A stretch of 64,000 nucleotides of DNA from Acidimicrobiales bacterium (GTDB lineage Bacteria > Actinomycetota > Acidimicrobiia > Acidimicrobiales > SHLQ01), in assembly GCA_020629635.1 (NCBI GenBank), contig JAHDCX010000016.1:34154-98153 (forward strand). Reading direction: 5' to 3'. Positions 18,126 through 26,738 of this stretch are shown piece after piece. The notes beneath the pieces are model-generated. The model was not told where the DNA came from. It worked only from the letters and a program-made list of their open reading frames with translations, and searched no databases. The position numbers and the translations under genes are program-made. The first letter of the stretch is position 1. Each line of letters starts with the position of its first letter.

Positions 18126-19100
18126 ATGACGATTGTCTGGCGGATGGTGCTCGGATTCGGGTTGGCTGCGCTGCTTGCAGCATGTGGGTCCGAACCCGAC
18201 GAGGTTCTCGTCATCGAGGATCAGCCGACGTTTCCCGCTGCTGACGAAACCGTCAGCGAGAACTTCGGCTCTGAGGACGACAGCGCGTCCACGCCGACGC
18301 CCGAGACCACCGACTTGCTGCTTCCGGACGGGAGCATGTGGTGGGTGACTCGGATCGACGGCGTGGTCCAGACGACTCCACGACCGAGCATGATCTTCCG
18401 CGAGGACACCGTCACGGTCGCATTCGATGGCTGCGAGGCCGAATACGACTTGTTCCGAAGTGAGCGATCAATCGAGTTGTTCGGCGATGGCGAACCGTGT
18501 CACGAGGTCGGCGGAGTCGTGCGCGAAGGTCCGTGGGGCGTGTCCGTCGGCGAACGCGGTGCCGTGTACCTCGCACTCGACGGTGTGCGCGTCGTGCTCG
18601 AAAAGGTCGTGTCCGAGTCCGATCCACCTGCGGGCGGTTGGTCCATCGAGAGTCTTCTCGAACGGCGAGGAGGCGAGCTCTTCTTCGAGCCGGTCTTCCG
18701 AGGCGAGGGCGTGCGCAACTCAGGCGACGAGCAACGACCCGTGGTCGTGATGTCCATCGTCAATATTCTTTCTGATGTCGGCCCGGTCGTACTGGCCGTA
18801 CATGCACCGCGAGATCGATTCGACGTCGAATCGATCTGCCTGACAACAGCCCGGGGCGTTCTCGAGGAGACCGAGTCGGGTTGGTCGGTCTCCGACGAGC
18901 TCGCCGATGCAGAACAGCAAGCCCGCTTCGATTCGGAGCTGTCGGACATCGAGGTGCGCTGCGAATACGACGACCCACAGTGGATCGACGAACTGCTGGC
19001 GGGCACCTTTGACTTGCGGGTCTGGGCCGACGGCTTGTTGATCGAGGGGCAGAGTGGCGAGGTCGTCGAGTTTGCGCCATTCGAGTGGTTCAACAACTGA
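18126..19100 (+). CDS. lipoprotein of unknown function
   Basis: The signal peptide with lipobox reads MTIVWRMVLGFGLAALLAACGS. The mature part is acidic. A weak META/HslJ-like pattern (WWVTRIDG...VAFDGCEAEY) is low confidence. Confidence 0.6.
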   Translation: MTIVWRMVLGFGLAALLAACGSEPDEVLVIEDQPTFPAADETVSENFGSEDDSASTPTPETTDLLLPDGSMWWVTRIDGVVQTTPRPSMIFREDTVTVAFDGCEAEYDLFRSERSIELFGDGEPCHEVGGVVREGPWGVSVGERGAVYLALDGVRVVLEKVVSESDPPAGGWSIESLLERRGGELFFEPVFRGEGVRNSGDEQRPVVVMSIVNILSDVGPVVLAVHAPRDRFDVESICLTTARGVLEETESGWSVSDELADAEQQARFDSELSDIEVRCEYDDPQWIDELLAGTFDLRVWADGLLIEGQSGEVVEFAPFEWFNN

Positions 19101-19125
19101 TCGCGATTGACACTACGTTTCGGCC

Positions 19126-20760
19126 ATGATCCGCGAGATGAATCTGGCGTCGGTGTGGGAACGGGTCGCCGACCTCCAAGGCGACGCACTCGCGCTGCAC
19201 CACGGCGGTGTCGATCGGACGTGGTCCGAGTACGACGATCGTGCCGCGCGCTTCGGCGCTGCGCTCGCTCACCACGGCGTCGGGGTCGGGAACAACGTCG
19301 CCCTCGCGCTCTACAACGGCAACGAATACCTCGAGGCACAGTTCGGGGCATTCAAGGTGCGGGCGGCACCGTGCAACGTCAACTACCGGTACACGCCGAG
19401 CGAGCTGCGGTACCTGGTCGACAACAGCGACTCAGCCGCCGTGGTGTTCGACGCGGCGCTCGCCGACCGCTTCGACCAGATCGTAGGCTCGCTCCCCGAC
19501 GTTCGCCTGTGGGTGCAGGTCGGTCGCGGCCCCGTGCCTTCCTGGGCGACGGAGTGGGAGACGCTGCTGGCCGGCGTGGACCCCGCGGCCCGGATCGACC
19601 GGTCGGGCGATGACCTGTGGATCCTCTACACCGGCGGAACCACCGGTCATCCCAAGGGGGTGATGTGGCCGCACGAACACCTCGTCGCACTCTGCGGGCG
19701 AACGTTCGACGCGCTGAAGGTCACGGTGCCCGAGCGACTCGATGACGTTGCGCCCGCAGTGTCGGCCATCGCCGCGATGCGAAAGACGCCGCGCCAACTC
19801 GCCGCATCGCCATTGATGCATGGCACCGCCAACATCGGCTCGCTCATGACCCACACGGCTGGCGGCGCCGTGGTCACCTTGACCGGCCGCAGCTTCGACG
19901 CCGCCGAGCTGTGGAGGCTCGCCGAGTCGACGTCGTGCACGACGATGTCGATCGTCGGCGACGTGTTCGGCCGTCCAATGGTGGACGAGCTCGACGCCCG
20001 CGAGGGACGCGGCGAGCCGGTCGACCTTTCTGCGCTCCGCAACATCACCTCGTCGGGGGTCATGTGGAGCCAACCGATCAAGGACCGCCTCCTCGCGCAT
20101 TCGCTGCGACAGGGTGGACGTCTGAGCCTCTTCGACTCTCTCGGATCGAGTGAGGGCGTCGGCTTTGGGGGCAAGACGTCGAAGCCCGGCGACGACACGA
20201 CCACGGCGCGCTTCACCCTGGGCCCCAACGCTGCCGTATTCACCGACGACGGAGTGCGAGTCGAACCGGGGTCCGGCGAGCGGGGATTGCTCGCCGTCGG
20301 CGGCCCCATTCCGGTCGGGTACTACGGTGACCCCGCCAAGAGCGCAGAAACGTTTCGCGAGATCGGCGGTCGGCGCTGGTCGATACCGGGCGATTGGGCC
20401 ACCGTCGATGCAGATGGGGAGATCACGCTGCTCGGGCGGGGTTCGGTGTCGATCAACACCGGTGGCGAGAAGGTCTACCCCGAAGAGGTCGAAGAGGCGC
20501 TCAAGCTGCTCGACGCCGTCACGGACGCAACGGTGGTCGGCGTCCCCGACCCGCAGTGGGGCGCCGCAGTCACGGCGGTGATCTCGCTCGCCGACCCTTC
20601 GGTGAGCGACGCGGACCTGCTCGATCAACTGCGCCGATCGCTTGCGGGTTACAAGGTGCCGAAACGGTTCGTGCGTGTCGACCGGGTCTTTCGGAGCCCG
20701 AACGGGAAAGCCGACTATCGCTGGGCGACCGAAACAGCCGAGGCAGCGATCACGTCGTGA
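19126..20760 (+). CDS. AMP-dependent acyl-CoA synthetase/ligase
   Basis: The AMP-binding motif is LYTGGTTGHPKGV. The later motifs are ...GDWATVDADGEITLLGRGS and YKVPK. Confidence 0.88.
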   Translation: MIREMNLASVWERVADLQGDALALHHGGVDRTWSEYDDRAARFGAALAHHGVGVGNNVALALYNGNEYLEAQFGAFKVRAAPCNVNYRYTPSELRYLVDNSDSAAVVFDAALADRFDQIVGSLPDVRLWVQVGRGPVPSWATEWETLLAGVDPAARIDRSGDDLWILYTGGTTGHPKGVMWPHEHLVALCGRTFDALKVTVPERLDDVAPAVSAIAAMRKTPRQLAASPLMHGTANIGSLMTHTAGGAVVTLTGRSFDAAELWRLAESTSCTTMSIVGDVFGRPMVDELDAREGRGEPVDLSALRNITSSGVMWSQPIKDRLLAHSLRQGGRLSLFDSLGSSEGVGFGGKTSKPGDDTTTARFTLGPNAAVFTDDGVRVEPGSGERGLLAVGGPIPVGYYGDPAKSAETFREIGGRRWSIPGDWATVDADGEITLLGRGSVSINTGGEKVYPEEVEEALKLLDAVTDATVVGVPDPQWGAAVTAVISLADPSVSDADLLDQLRRSLAGYKVPKRFVRVDRVFRSPNGKADYRWATETAEAAITS

Positions 20761-20761
20761 C

Positions 20762-20935
20762 TCACGCCCAGGGATTGGCCTCGGAGATCTCCAGGAGCTC
20801 CGAGTCGGCGTGGTCGTTGTCGACCGAGTTCTTGGCTGCGCTCCCCAGCACGGCTGCAAGCACGGCACCGCTCATGATGATCGCCACCGGGAAGACGACC
20901 AGCAAGAGCACGACGATGATGATGCCTCCGACCAT
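20762..20935 (-). CDS. small (57 aa) membrane protein, unknown function
   Basis: The product is MVGGIIIVVLLLVVFPVAIIMSGAVLAAVLGSAAKNSVDNDHADSELLEISEANPWA. It has high GC3 and fits exactly between neighbouring genes. Confidence 0.45.
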   Translation of the reverse strand: MVGGIIIVVLLLVVFPVAIIMSGAVLAAVLGSAAKNSVDNDHADSELLEISEANPWA

Positions 20936-20965
20936 GGGTGCGAGCGTAGCGGTTACGCTCACGCC

Positions 20966-21310
20966 ATGAGCAAGCCTGTCGGTCCTTACACACCTCTCGT
21001 CCGCGCCGGCGACACCTTGTACGTGTCCGGCCAGCTCGGCCTCTTGGACGGCGCACTGGTCGAGGGCATCGACGCCCAGGTGCGACAAGCGGTCGCCAAC
21101 ATTGCGGCGCTCCTGGACGCAGAGGGCGCAACGCTCTCGAACGTCGTCAAGACGACGGTCCTGCTCGATTCGATCGACGACTACGCCGCCATGAACACGG
21201 CCTACACCGAATCCTTCGGTGATCACCGCCCGGCACGTGCGGCATTTGCCGTCGACGCACTCCCGCTCGGCGGCATGGTCGAGATCGAAGCGGTCGCCTA
21301 CGTGGGCTGA
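20966..21310 (+). CDS. ridA: RidA/YjgF family reactive-intermediate deaminase
   Basis: The sequence MSKPVGPYTPLVRAGDTLYVSGQLG...VKTTVLLDSIDDYAAMNTAY...PARAAFAVDALPLGGMVEIEAVA is a typical YjgF pattern. Confidence 0.88.
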   Translation: MSKPVGPYTPLVRAGDTLYVSGQLGLLDGALVEGIDAQVRQAVANIAALLDAEGATLSNVVKTTVLLDSIDDYAAMNTAYTESFGDHRPARAAFAVDALPLGGMVEIEAVAYVG

Positions 21311-21765
21311 TGTCGCGATCCCGTCGATCGCAGTGGATCAACGCCGCGCTCTTCGCCGCGGCCGGGATCCTGCTTCTGCTCTTCAGCCGCGCCGAGAGCT
21401 TCGCCGAGTCGGTGCTCTTCCCTATTCTGCTGCTCGGCGTCGCCGTTGCCTCCAGCCCAGTGCTGAAACGACGGTCGGTGAGCCACGCCGCCGCACTCGA
21501 ATCCGACGCAGACGTCGTCGTCTACCACCGGCCGGGGTGCACGTACTGCATTCGGCTCAAGGCGTCGCTCGGCGGCCGGGCTCATGGGGCGACGTGGGTG
21601 GACATCTGGGAGGACGAGGCGGCCGCAGTGTACGTCCGGTCGGTCAACGAAGGCGACGAAACCGTGCCGACCGTGGTGATCGACGGGGTAGCGCACACGA
21701 ACCCTCCGCCGTCGATGGTGAAGGCCCGACTCGCCGGCGCGTCGCGTCCGTTCAGGCGGCGGTGA
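21310..21765 (+). CDS. membrane-anchored glutaredoxin/mycoredoxin-like protein (CTYC)
   Basis: Two N-terminal TM helices are followed by VVVYHRPGCTYCIRLK...ETVPTVVIDG (glutaredoxin/NrdH fold motifs). The start overlaps the ridA stop (TGATG). Confidence 0.75.
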   Translation: MSRSRRSQWINAALFAAAGILLLLFSRAESFAESVLFPILLLGVAVASSPVLKRRSVSHAAALESDADVVVYHRPGCTYCIRLKASLGGRAHGATWVDIWEDEAAAVYVRSVNEGDETVPTVVIDGVAHTNPPPSMVKARLAGASRPFRRR

Positions 21766-23089
21766 GGCTGCTGGCTCGTTGGCGGGCGAGGTGAAGCTCG
21801 TAGGCGACTCGAATGGGATGATCGTGTTCGAGGTCGTCGACGAGGGTGGGGTCGAAGTCGTCGTCGGGTTCCCAATCGACCGGTGTTTCCCATTGGCCTC
21901 GACTGGTGTCATTGCCGCGCCACCCGTTGTCGGCGCCGCAGGCGGGTCGTACCGAATCAAGGCGTGTGTGTTGTGTGTGGGAGTAGGGGTCGATGTGATC
22001 GGCGTGGAGCCATTCGAACGGTGCATCACACACCGGGTTTGCACATCTGCCGTTCGTGGCGACCAGGGTGGCATCTCGCATCCAGTCGGGGACTCGCCGC
22101 GAATCGATCGACACGTCGATCGCCCGGCCTTTCGCGTCGTAGACGAGTCTTCGGAACTGCGCCGTGGCTGTCGCGGCCAGCGCGTAGATCGGGTGGATCG
22201 GGGTGCCGTCGATCATCTCGCATTTCGAGTCGATGTGGTTCCGGTCCAAATGCGGGAAGTCGTTGGCGACGGGATCGGCGAGCCATTGGAGCGTGTCTTC
22301 GTAGACGCGTTGGCTCATCACGATGTTGACCCGTGGCCGGGCGAAGGTCCCATTGGGTCGTGCGGCGCCGCGACCGATGAGGTTCATCACGGCGTGCAGG
22401 GTGCGTCGACGCAACGAGTTGGAGACGCCGGCGTTGTCTTCGGTGGTCTTGATGCGCGCGATCTCGTCATTGACTGGGCCCATGAGCGCTGCGGCCTGCA
22501 GCGGGTCGAGGAGGCCCGAGATTCTGGTGCGGCCATCAGGCAGTGGTGTGACGGTGAGTCCGGTGGCGGCTTGTTGGTGTCGTGGTTCGGCACCGTCGGG
22601 GTCGGCGCCCAGCAACCATTCGGCGATGACGGCGTCGAGGTCCCGGAAGTGGCAGGACGTGCACCATTCCACGAACAGATGTTGGTGTTCGATCATCTGC
22701 GCGTGAACGCGTGGGTTGTGAGCGAGCCGGATCTTGTCGACATGCGCCGTTGTCAATGCGCCGGACGCATAGGCATCCGCAATGATCGGGAAATCGTTCA
22801 GCCATCTGCCGATCCGCACATCGAAACGGGTGTCGGCCGGGTCGGCGTGGGTGCGTGACGCGACATGGTTCGCGGTATTGCGCTGATCATTCAACGCTCC
22901 AACGTCGACCGCGTCAGCAGCCATCACCGCCGCAACTCGCACCGCGCCCAATTTGGCGGTCAACCGTGTCAATGCGGCGACTCGGTCGGAGCGTTCTGAT
23001 ACGGACAAACACCCCAGAACCGTTTCGGCGCAGGCGTCGAGGACTTCCTCGAGTGCCTCGATATCTGCGCCGATTTCCATGAGGTCCAT
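21752..23089 (-). CDS. DUF222 + HNH endonuclease domain protein (REP13E12-like selfish-gene family)
   Basis: The N-terminal DUF222-like region reads SERSDRVAALTRLTAKLGAVRVAAV...YASGALTTAHVDKI. The C-terminal HNH reads CANPVCDAPFEWLHADHIDPYSHTQHTRLDSVRPACGADN. Its GC is lower than the flanks. The start is taken at MDLMEIG, since the track start lies in an AT-rich spacer. Confidence 0.8.
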   Translation of the reverse strand: MDLMEIGADIEALEEVLDACAETVLGCLSVSERSDRVAALTRLTAKLGAVRVAAVMAADAVDVGALNDQRNTANHVASRTHADPADTRFDVRIGRWLNDFPIIADAYASGALTTAHVDKIRLAHNPRVHAQMIEHQHLFVEWCTSCHFRDLDAVIAEWLLGADPDGAEPRHQQAATGLTVTPLPDGRTRISGLLDPLQAAALMGPVNDEIARIKTTEDNAGVSNSLRRRTLHAVMNLIGRGAARPNGTFARPRVNIVMSQRVYEDTLQWLADPVANDFPHLDRNHIDSKCEMIDGTPIHPIYALAATATAQFRRLVYDAKGRAIDVSIDSRRVPDWMRDATLVATNGRCANPVCDAPFEWLHADHIDPYSHTQHTRLDSVRPACGADNGWRGNDTSRGQWETPVDWEPDDDFDPTLVDDLEHDHPIRVAYELHLARQRASSLTAA

Positions 23090-23248
23090 TATATCGAACA
23101 CTAGTTCGCTCTTCAATGTTTTGAAGTTGATTTTCCAACAGTTCTGGAATCGTTTGATCGTGCGAGCCTGGCGCATTTCCCCGGAGGTTTGACCCCTTTC
23201 CGCAAGTTCATCCTGTCACCCCTGCGGCATTCATCGCCTCGGCCAGGA

Positions 23249-23587
23249 CTATCCATCCGGACCGGCATCGAAGGGTTCGGCCCATGGAACACAGGACGCG
23301 TCCGTTGGACCGTCGACGAACTCGATCTCGACTCCATCAGCAGAAAAGAGCACTCGGCCAGGCTCGATCTCACTCACCCTGCCGGTGACTTCCCCAAGCT
23401 CGAGCCACTCATCAGGAAGATTATTGCTCTCGCCAGGAGTCAAGCCCCAGCGCTTGATGCCATCGCGAAGCGTCGAACCATTGCGGCATTCGTCATCGAT
23501 TGAGACCGTCGGGACTGTTGCGCAGCCCGTCATGCAGACCACGGTCGCCAGCACCGCACACCTCAGAGCTCGGCAGCTGATCATCAT
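23249..23587 (-). CDS. small lipoprotein, unknown function
   Basis: The signal peptide with lipobox reads MMISCRALRCAVLATVVCMTGCAT. The gene lies in a lower-GC stretch. Confidence 0.5.
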   Translation of the reverse strand: MMISCRALRCAVLATVVCMTGCATVPTVSIDDECRNGSTLRDGIKRWGLTPGESNNLPDEWLELGEVTGRVSEIEPGRVLFSADGVEIEFVDGPTDASCVPWAEPFDAGPDG

Positions 23588-23612
23588 CTGTTCACGACTA
23601 CGCCCGGTCTTG

Positions 23613-25151
23613 TCAATCCGTGCCCCAGACCGGCGGCCAACCGGCCGAACGCCATGCGCTGAGGACCGTCGCCGCGAACACCGCATCGCCAACCGGCACG
23701 GGAGCTCCGTCGGACGGTTCGATCTCGACCTCGACGTGCGGCATGTCCGAGGATCGAAGCACACCGAAGCTGCGGATGGTCAGGTCGTGCACGGTGCCGT
23801 CTGCGTCGACGGTCAGCCGCTCGCTTCGGACGAGGCCGAGCCCCATGTGTACCGCACCGATCACATAGCTCCGCAGCGTCGTCTCGTCGAGCGGCGACCC
23901 GGCGTCGACGACCACATGCACCTGCTCGTCGGCAACGCGCACGCGGGCGCGTCCGCCGTCCGGCAGAACGACCTCGTCGGCGCCGTCGCCGTTCGGCTCG
24001 CTCACCGACGCCACGAGCGCGAGTGCTTCGGTCCAACCGGCCCCCCGAATCGATGCCGAGGTCGGTGGGCCGACGACCTCGACCTCCTCGACCTCCAGCG
24101 ACGGGGCAACTCGGTGAATCAGCTCAGCGAGTCCATCGGTCTGAGCGACCCGCAGGACGCCGGTGCCATCGGCACGAACGCCTCCGGCGACTGGCGGACG
24201 CTTCGCTCCCATCCGGACGCTGTCCTCACGCGACAAGACGACCACCACCGGCCGCGTGTGACGATCCGCGAGCGCGCGTGCTGCCTCGCCCAGCGACGGG
24301 TCGGTCTTTGCCCCGAACGCGCCACCGTTGGCCACCGGGCTCGAGGGAACTCCCCCCGGTTCGCACCACACCGTCTCGGTCTCGAGAAACGCTGGCTCCA
24401 CCCAGTGGGTGCGCAGTGTTCGCACCCACTCGCCGTCGGGAAGCTCGAGTGGCGGTTCGGGCGACGCCGTCGTCCGGCGCCCCTGGACCTTTCCGCTGGC
24501 CGACCGCGCTTCCGTCAGGGTCTCGGCCACGACCCACCCGTTCGATCCGTCCGGAACGGCGAACAACGCGCCACTCGGGATCGTGTCGGCCGAGAAGCCA
24601 CCAGCCCCGAACACGACCGCGGCGCCCACACGTTGATCAACTCCGCCCTCGAGCGATGCACGTTGCGCCGCAGCCGACGATGGCGACACGGTCACCGAAA
24701 CGCCAGAAACCTTCTGGGCGTACGCCTCGACGATCGTCTGCCAACCGGTGCACCGGCACAGATGTGCGGCGAGCGCATTGTGGATCTTCGGATCATCTGC
24801 GGCGATGCCCTTGTGCTCGGCGGCGGCCAAACGACAGACGATCCCCGGCGTGCAGAAGCCGCACTGACTCCCACCGGTCGCAAGAAGTGCGTCTGCCCAG
24901 GCGACCTTCTCCTCGTCCGGCAGGCCATCCGCCGTGACAACCTCGCGCCCGTCGATGCGCCGAACCGGGGTCACACACGACACCCGGGGCTGGCCGTCGA
25001 CCAGCACGGTGCAACATCCGCATTGGCCCTGGGGGGCGCAGCCGTCCTTCGCCGCCGTCGAACCGACCTGCCATCGAAGCACGTCGAGCAGCGTCGCTGA
25101 CGCGTCGTCGACGACGACCGTCTGCCCATCGACTCTGATCTCGATCGCCAT
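23613..25151 (-). CDS. fusion of a [2Fe-2S] CoxS/XdhC-small-subunit-like domain with a shortened xanthine-dehydrogenase-family molybdopterin-binding-like domain
   Basis: The N-terminal part reads MAIEIRVDGQ...GCAPQGQCGCCTVLVDG...GSQCGFCTPGIV...HLCRCTGW (two 2Fe-2S motifs). The C-terminal ~360 aa carry GGAFGAK, RPVVVVLSREDSVRMG, IRGAGWTE and YVIGAVHMGLGL motifs. GAGGAGG precedes ATG 25151. Confidence 0.7.
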   Translation of the reverse strand: MAIEIRVDGQTVVVDDASATLLDVLRWQVGSTAAKDGCAPQGQCGCCTVLVDGQPRVSCVTPVRRIDGREVVTADGLPDEEKVAWADALLATGGSQCGFCTPGIVCRLAAAEHKGIAADDPKIHNALAAHLCRCTGWQTIVEAYAQKVSGVSVTVSPSSAAAQRASLEGGVDQRVGAAVVFGAGGFSADTIPSGALFAVPDGSNGWVVAETLTEARSASGKVQGRRTTASPEPPLELPDGEWVRTLRTHWVEPAFLETETVWCEPGGVPSSPVANGGAFGAKTDPSLGEAARALADRHTRPVVVVLSREDSVRMGAKRPPVAGGVRADGTGVLRVAQTDGLAELIHRVAPSLEVEEVEVVGPPTSASIRGAGWTEALALVASVSEPNGDGADEVVLPDGGRARVRVADEQVHVVVDAGSPLDETTLRSYVIGAVHMGLGLVRSERLTVDADGTVHDLTIRSFGVLRSSDMPHVEVEIEPSDGAPVPVGDAVFAATVLSAWRSAGWPPVWGTD

Positions 25152-25194
25152 GCCGACCTCCTCGCGACGGCTTGCGACGATACCGTGCAGCCCG

Positions 25195-26115
25195 ATGCCC
25201 CCCATCGTCCCACGTCACTCGCCACGTCTCTCGCGCCGGTCGGTCCTCATGGGCGGACTCACGACTGCCGCCCTGGTGGCGTGCGGCGGCTCCGAGCCAT
25301 CCGGCGACACGCTCGTCCTCGGAGGCGAAGCCTCGACCACCCCGAGCCGGCTCGCCGTCCGTTTCCCCGACGGATTCCGGACGCCCAGCATGGCGGCGGT
25401 CGACAGCGGTCCGCAGCGCTTCCCGTTCATCATCTTTGCCGACGACGGCTTTCCGCTCGTCACCGACGCTCCCGAGACCATCGACATCGAGCTCCTCTTT
25501 GACGGCGAATCGATCGCGGTCGAGACCGTCGAACGGCACGGTGCGGGTCAATTCACCCCGTACTACCCGCTCGTCTTCACCCCCGGGCAGGTGGGCAGCT
25601 ACGTCGCACGGGCGGAGTTCAGTGATCTGGACGTCGAGTTCCGGGTCGAAGCACGCGTCGACGTGCCACTCCTCCAGGTCGGCGACAAGCTCCCCGTCTT
25701 CGACACGCCGACGTTCGACGACCTCCGAGGCGTCGAACTGCTCTGCACCCGAACGGACCCGTGCCCGTTCCACGAAGTCACACTCACCGAAGCGCTCAGC
25801 AACGGCAAGCCGACCGCCCTGTTGATCGCCACTCCGGCGTTCTGCCAGACCGACGTGTGCGGGCCGTCGGTCGAGTTCTTGATCGAGACCGCAGCCGACC
25901 GCGACGACATCAACGTGATCCACGCGGAGGTGTTCGCCGAGGATCCCAACACGATCGAGGGTGGGGGGCTGCCCGAACTCGCACCATTGCTCACCGAGAT
26001 GGCGATGACCTTCGAGCCCTCGCTCTTCGTCACCGATGCGTCAGGAACGATCGTCGACGCCCGCCACTACGCCATCGACCGCCGAGAATTCAGCGAAGCT
26101 CTCGCCAAGATCTAA
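25195..26115 (+). CDS. Tat-signal lipoprotein, possible thioredoxin-fold protein
   Basis: The signal reads MPPIVPRHSPRLSRRSVLMGGLTTAALVACGG (RR motif plus lipobox). The C-terminal part has LLIATPAFCQTDVCGP and DPCPFH cysteine motifs. The family is not recognised with certainty. Confidence 0.5.
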   Translation: MPPIVPRHSPRLSRRSVLMGGLTTAALVACGGSEPSGDTLVLGGEASTTPSRLAVRFPDGFRTPSMAAVDSGPQRFPFIIFADDGFPLVTDAPETIDIELLFDGESIAVETVERHGAGQFTPYYPLVFTPGQVGSYVARAEFSDLDVEFRVEARVDVPLLQVGDKLPVFDTPTFDDLRGVELLCTRTDPCPFHEVTLTEALSNGKPTALLIATPAFCQTDVCGPSVEFLIETAADRDDINVIHAEVFAEDPNTIEGGGLPELAPLLTEMAMTFEPSLFVTDASGTIVDARHYAIDRREFSEALAKI

Positions 26116-26121
26116 CCGAGG

Positions 26122-26267
26122 GGGCCTCCGGCAATCCGCAGCGCGAGCCTTTTGCGAGCCTGCGGCGCAAAACAGCATCGATCCGGCTACGCCGGGCGAT
26201 GCGGGCAAGGGCCTCCGGCAATCCGCAGCGCGAGCCTTTTGCGAGCCTGCGGCGAAGAACAGCATCG
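26122..26267. repeat. two copies of a 59-bp intergenic repeat (57/59 identical), 87-bp period
   Basis: Copy 1 spans 26122-26180 and copy 2 spans 26209-26267. The unit is gggcctccggcaatccgcagcgcgagccttttgcgagcctgcggcg[c/a]a[a/g]aacagcatcg. Each copy contains CCGCAG...CTGCGG arms around an internal GCGAGCC-TTTT-GCGAGCC direct repeat. Confidence 0.9.
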
Positions 26268-26291
26268 CTGACTCGCCTCTGGCGAGTCAGC
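26267..26291. terminator. perfect hairpin GCTGACTCGCC-TCT-GGCGAGTCAGC between convergent genes
   Basis: The stem is 11 bp and the loop 3 nt. It overlaps the stop codon of the erpA-like gene and directly follows repeat copy 2. There is no clear U-tract. Confidence 0.5.
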
Positions 26292-26607
26292 TGAAGCTGG
26301 AGCCGCAGCCGCAGGTGCGCTGCGCGTTGGGGTTGTTGATCTTGAACCCGGTCTCCTGGATCGTGTCCGTGTAATCCAGGGTGGCACCGACGAGCATCTG
26401 GGCGCTCGACGGATCGCAGATCAACTTGACGTCGCCGTAGGCTTCGGTGAGGTCGTCGGAGGCGACCTCGGAGTCGAAGAACATTTCGTAGCTGAATCCG
26501 GAGCATCCACCTGGTCGGACGGCGACGCGAAGCGCCAGGCCAGCTTCGTCTTCGGCCTGGATCAGTTCGGCGACCTTGGTCGTTGCAGCATCGGTCAACG
26601 TGATCAT
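26287..26607 (-). CDS. erpA: HesB/IscA/ErpA-family iron-sulfur cluster insertion protein
   Basis: The product starts MITLTDAATTKVAELI, continues ...LRVAVRPGGCSGFSYEM and ends with the C-terminal CGCGSSF motif. Confidence 0.9.
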   Translation of the reverse strand: MITLTDAATTKVAELIQAEDEAGLALRVAVRPGGCSGFSYEMFFDSEVASDDLTEAYGDVKLICDPSSAQMLVGATLDYTDTIQETGFKINNPNAQRTCGCGSSFS

Positions 26608-26738
26608 CGGATCCTCTTCTCGGGTGGACGGTGGGAGCAGCATCGATACAGCCAGCTCTCAGATGTCGATTGTATCGGTCGGCACAACCGTCAAGTCGAG
26701 CCGATTATGCCCAGGGGTCGGCTCGGTACACTTCGCGC

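Noticed and set aside
19107-19112. TTGACA hexamer just upstream of the acyl-CoA synthetase gene as a -35 box
   Set aside because: It lies only 14 nt from the ATG with no room for a -10 element and leader, so it is most likely chance.
26122-26267. Possible CRISPR array (59-bp repeats with a 28-bp spacer)
   Set aside because: There are only two copies. The repeat is longer than CRISPR repeats, the spacer is shorter than the repeat, and no cas genes are in the window. It is treated as an intergenic tandem repeat instead.
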